From Chlorokybus atmophyticus (lineage: Eukaryota; Plantae; Mesostigma and Chlorokybus algae), in contig RHPI01002532.1 in assembly GCA_009103225.1 (NCBI GenBank), positions 1-46,746 on the forward strand: DNA of 46,746 nucleotides, written 5' to 3'. A program made the translations under genes and the position numbers. Positions 44,301 to 46,746 of this stretch are shown here, one piece after another (position 1 is the stretch's first letter; every line of letters begins with the position of its first letter). The notes beneath the pieces were generated by a model. It saw nothing but the letters and a program-made list of their open reading frames with translations. It had not been told where the DNA came from and ran no database searches.

Positions 44301-46746
44301 AGTGGGAGACACGCCGGCTACGCATCAACGCCATTGCTAATCGGAGGAAACAGAAGCGAGAAGTTTGGCTGGAAGAGCAGATGAAGACCATCCATTTTCA
44401 GGATCCAGGATGGGCTGAGAATTACAAGTCCTTGCGCGCATACCTCATCAACAAGTGGGAGTGCAACCATCCTTGGCCATCCATTCCTGCTGCAGCTCCT
44501 GGTCCGACTCCTTCTAGTGCTGCTTCTGGTGCTGCGGCTACCTCTAGCAATCCTTCTCAAGCTGCTGTTGATGCTGCTCTTGCCTCTGCTGCTGCTGCTG
44601 CTGCTGCACTTGCAGCATTGGGAGGGGTTTCGGGGCGACCTTCAGTTCCTCTAGTGTTTCCGGACAGGCCACCACAAGGAAGCGCAGAGAAGGATGCCAT
44701 AGACCGTGGCCATCAAACTGCTGGAGGGACTCCAGGAGGTGCTGCTGAGGGTCAGCATGTCAGCGGTAATGAACCTGCTGGAGGTGATGAACCTGCTGGA
44801 GGTCGTGATGAACCTGCTGGAGGTGATCATCATGAACCTGCTGGAGGTGATCATCATGGAGACGGCAGTGGTGATGAACCCAGCGATCATGAAAGCAGCG
44901 ATGATGACAGCAACGGTGACGGTGACGACGATGCTCGTAAGAAGTTGGAAGACGGTATCGCTGCTGCACGTTCAGGAGTCGCCAATGCCAGCAACATAGC
45001 CAAGTTGGTTGAAGGCTTTGTCCAGAACCTCCAACAGCAAGTGCCCCAACTTCAGGTAACCCTTGGCCAAAGTCAGCATTAGTCAGTCTATGGCTACTTG
45101 TGCGTCACAGGCCGCACTGTCCATTTCGGTCTATGACCCCGCTGTTTCGTGTTTGTGCTCTAACTTGGTGTTTCGATGCAGCAACACCTAGAAGAGGCGT
45201 CTACAAGCACCCAGGCCGTTGCATCCGCCAGCGCTGATGTCAAGCGCATCCATGCAGCGGAGTTATCAGCCGCTGTTGAAGCAGCAGCCAAGGCTAGCCA
45301 ACAGCATGCAGAGTTGCTGCAACAGGAGAAGAAGGCCAGAGAGGAGGCCGGGGGGCGCATACAGAAGCTGGAGGTGGCTCTTGCAAAGCAGGAGAAGGAA
45401 AGAGAGGAGGCCGTGGGGCGCATACCACAGCTGCAGGCCGCTCTCGATGCAGCCAATGCTGAGCGACAAAGGCTGCAACAGCAGGATCAGGCCAGAGCGG
45501 AAGACAGCCAGCGCGTACAACAGCTACAACAAACTTTGCAAGAGCTGGGAGAAATCAATGCTCGGCGTTCAGAGCTGGCGAGGGAAGAAGCTGAACGTCT
45601 GTGCGGTGAACGCCCTGCCTTGAAAGAGCACCTCACCCGCTGCAAGCGCATTGAAGATGACGTCAAGGCCGCCTTTAACAGGATCAGCGAGTTGGATGAA
45701 GAGTTGGTGCTGGCCTTGCAGCGTGAGGATGCAGCGCAAGAGTTGGTTGCCACCACTGCTGACAGGGACCGCCTACGACAGCAGTTGGCGACAGCCGAGG
45801 AGGCCAGGAAAAAGCAGCAGAACCTTCTTGACCAGCTTCAGCAGCAGCCCTCCGCGCAAGCACAAAAGCTCCAAGCAGAGGTTGACGCCCTTAATGCAAG
45901 ACTTCAGCGTCAGCAGTCACACCAAGACTCCATTCGGAAGCAGCAGGAAGACACGCTTCAGCACCAGTTGAGGTGGACCAATGCGGAGAGGCAACGCTTG
46001 GAAACAGAGAATGTGAGCCTACGGCAGGCGAGGAGCAGCTTCAAAGGATCAGCAGCAGCACGCTTGGAGGAGATCCAGAGCCTGTAGGAGCGCCTGCGCA
46101 AAGCCGAGGAGGTCTCGCAACAAGCGCGTGACGCTGCGCGCAAAGCCGAGGAGGCCTCTCAACTCCAAATCCAGCTTCAGCAAATGGCCTCCCTCCAGCG
46201 GCAGGCGCGTGAGGAGGCGGACCGCCTACAAAAGGAAAATGCAGAACTGAGTGAGCGCCTGCGCCAAGCTGAGGAGGTCAGGAAGAAGCAGCAGGAGAGC
46301 GGCGGCCAGCAGCAGCAGGAGGCGTCCACTCAGCAGAAGGCGCTTGAGGAGGAGGACCGTCTACGACAGGACAATGCAAGCCTGACTGAGCGGCTGCGCC
46401 AAAGCGAGGAGGCCAGGAAGAAGCTGGAGGAGAGCAGCGGCCAGCAGCAGCAGCAGGAGTCCTCCGCTCAGCAGGTGCGTGAAGAGGCGGACCGCCTACG
46501 AGAGGAGAACTTGCAACTGAGTGAGCGCCTGCGCCAAGCCGAGGAGGCCAGGAAGAAGCTGCAGGCGAGCAGCCCACGGCAGGACAATGAGAGCCTGCGC
46601 GAGCGCCTGCGCACAGGCGAGGAGGCCAGGAGGAAGCTCCGTGCAGCAGTGCAGTCTCGCGATGAAAAACTCGGGAAGGCCTCTCAACAGGCGCAAGAGG
46701 CTGGGCGCAAGCTGCAAACAGAGGTTGAATCTTTGACTGCTGAGAA
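41331..46746 (+). CDS. 9-exon gene: BED-like Zn finger, acidic region, SET domain, long coiled coil; 1283 aa to an in-frame TAG, frame stays open to the window end
   Basis: Exons 41331-41630, 41771-41869, 41953-42354 (needs a GC donor, gcgagt), 42484-42660, 42784-43326, 43483-43683, 43761-43925, 43997-45055 and 45182 onward join in frame. WHCPYC..AQHLHIRYC; SET motifs PSNIPGAGLGLF, GNIAGFLNSS and GEELLMEY at ~42900-43285. Confidence 0.8.
44770..44856 (+). repeat. Coding repeat GAACCTGCTGGAGGT (EPAGG) x4
   Basis: Direct reading in exon 8. Confidence 0.85.
46210..46570 (+). repeat. Three ~135-bp coding repeats (E.DRL..EN..L.ERLRQ.EE.RKK)
   Basis: Copies begin near 46211, 46350 and 46482, all in the coiled-coil frame. 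Confidence 0.8.

Noticed and set aside
41331-46746. Endogenous giant-virus (vSET-like) origin for the SET gene
   Set aside because: The gene is intron-rich with host-like composition, and the window has no NCLDV hallmark genes. A SET phylogeny would be needed to reopen this.

Overview
Left end of a eukaryotic chromosome. It looks like a green-lineage alga (GC-rich exons, short GT-AG introns with CA/GT microsatellites, plant-type iMet primer-binding site), but the species cannot be fixed from the sequence. The window starts with (CCCTAA)n, i.e. TTAGGG-type telomere. Two intact-looking intron-containing host genes follow: a 10-exon protein with three hnRNP-Q acidic-domain-like repeats starting only ~670 bp from the telomere, and a small secreted protein. 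About 8.8-37.3 kb is a nest of mostly decayed transposons: a Penelope-like RT, a Ty3/gypsy with a PHD-tipped integrase, a CACTA/EnSpm element with palindromic subterminal arrays, an LTR/PBS/gag remnant, a TIR-complete intron-bearing pogo (DD35D), a truncated second pogo, and a chromodomain gypsy. At 37341 a CAC-initiated, palindrome-rich DNA-transposon end cuts into the gypsy pol, and pol does not resume in the remaining 9.4 kb. That stretch holds a divergent gene pair: an unknown minus-strand gene, and a 9-exon plus-strand gene encoding a BED-like Zn finger, a SET domain and a long repetitive coiled coil. The best candidate for a new system is therefore a DNA transposon carrying its own DNA-targeted SET (histone-methyltransferase-like) protein. 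All domain calls are by eye from motifs; no database search was run.
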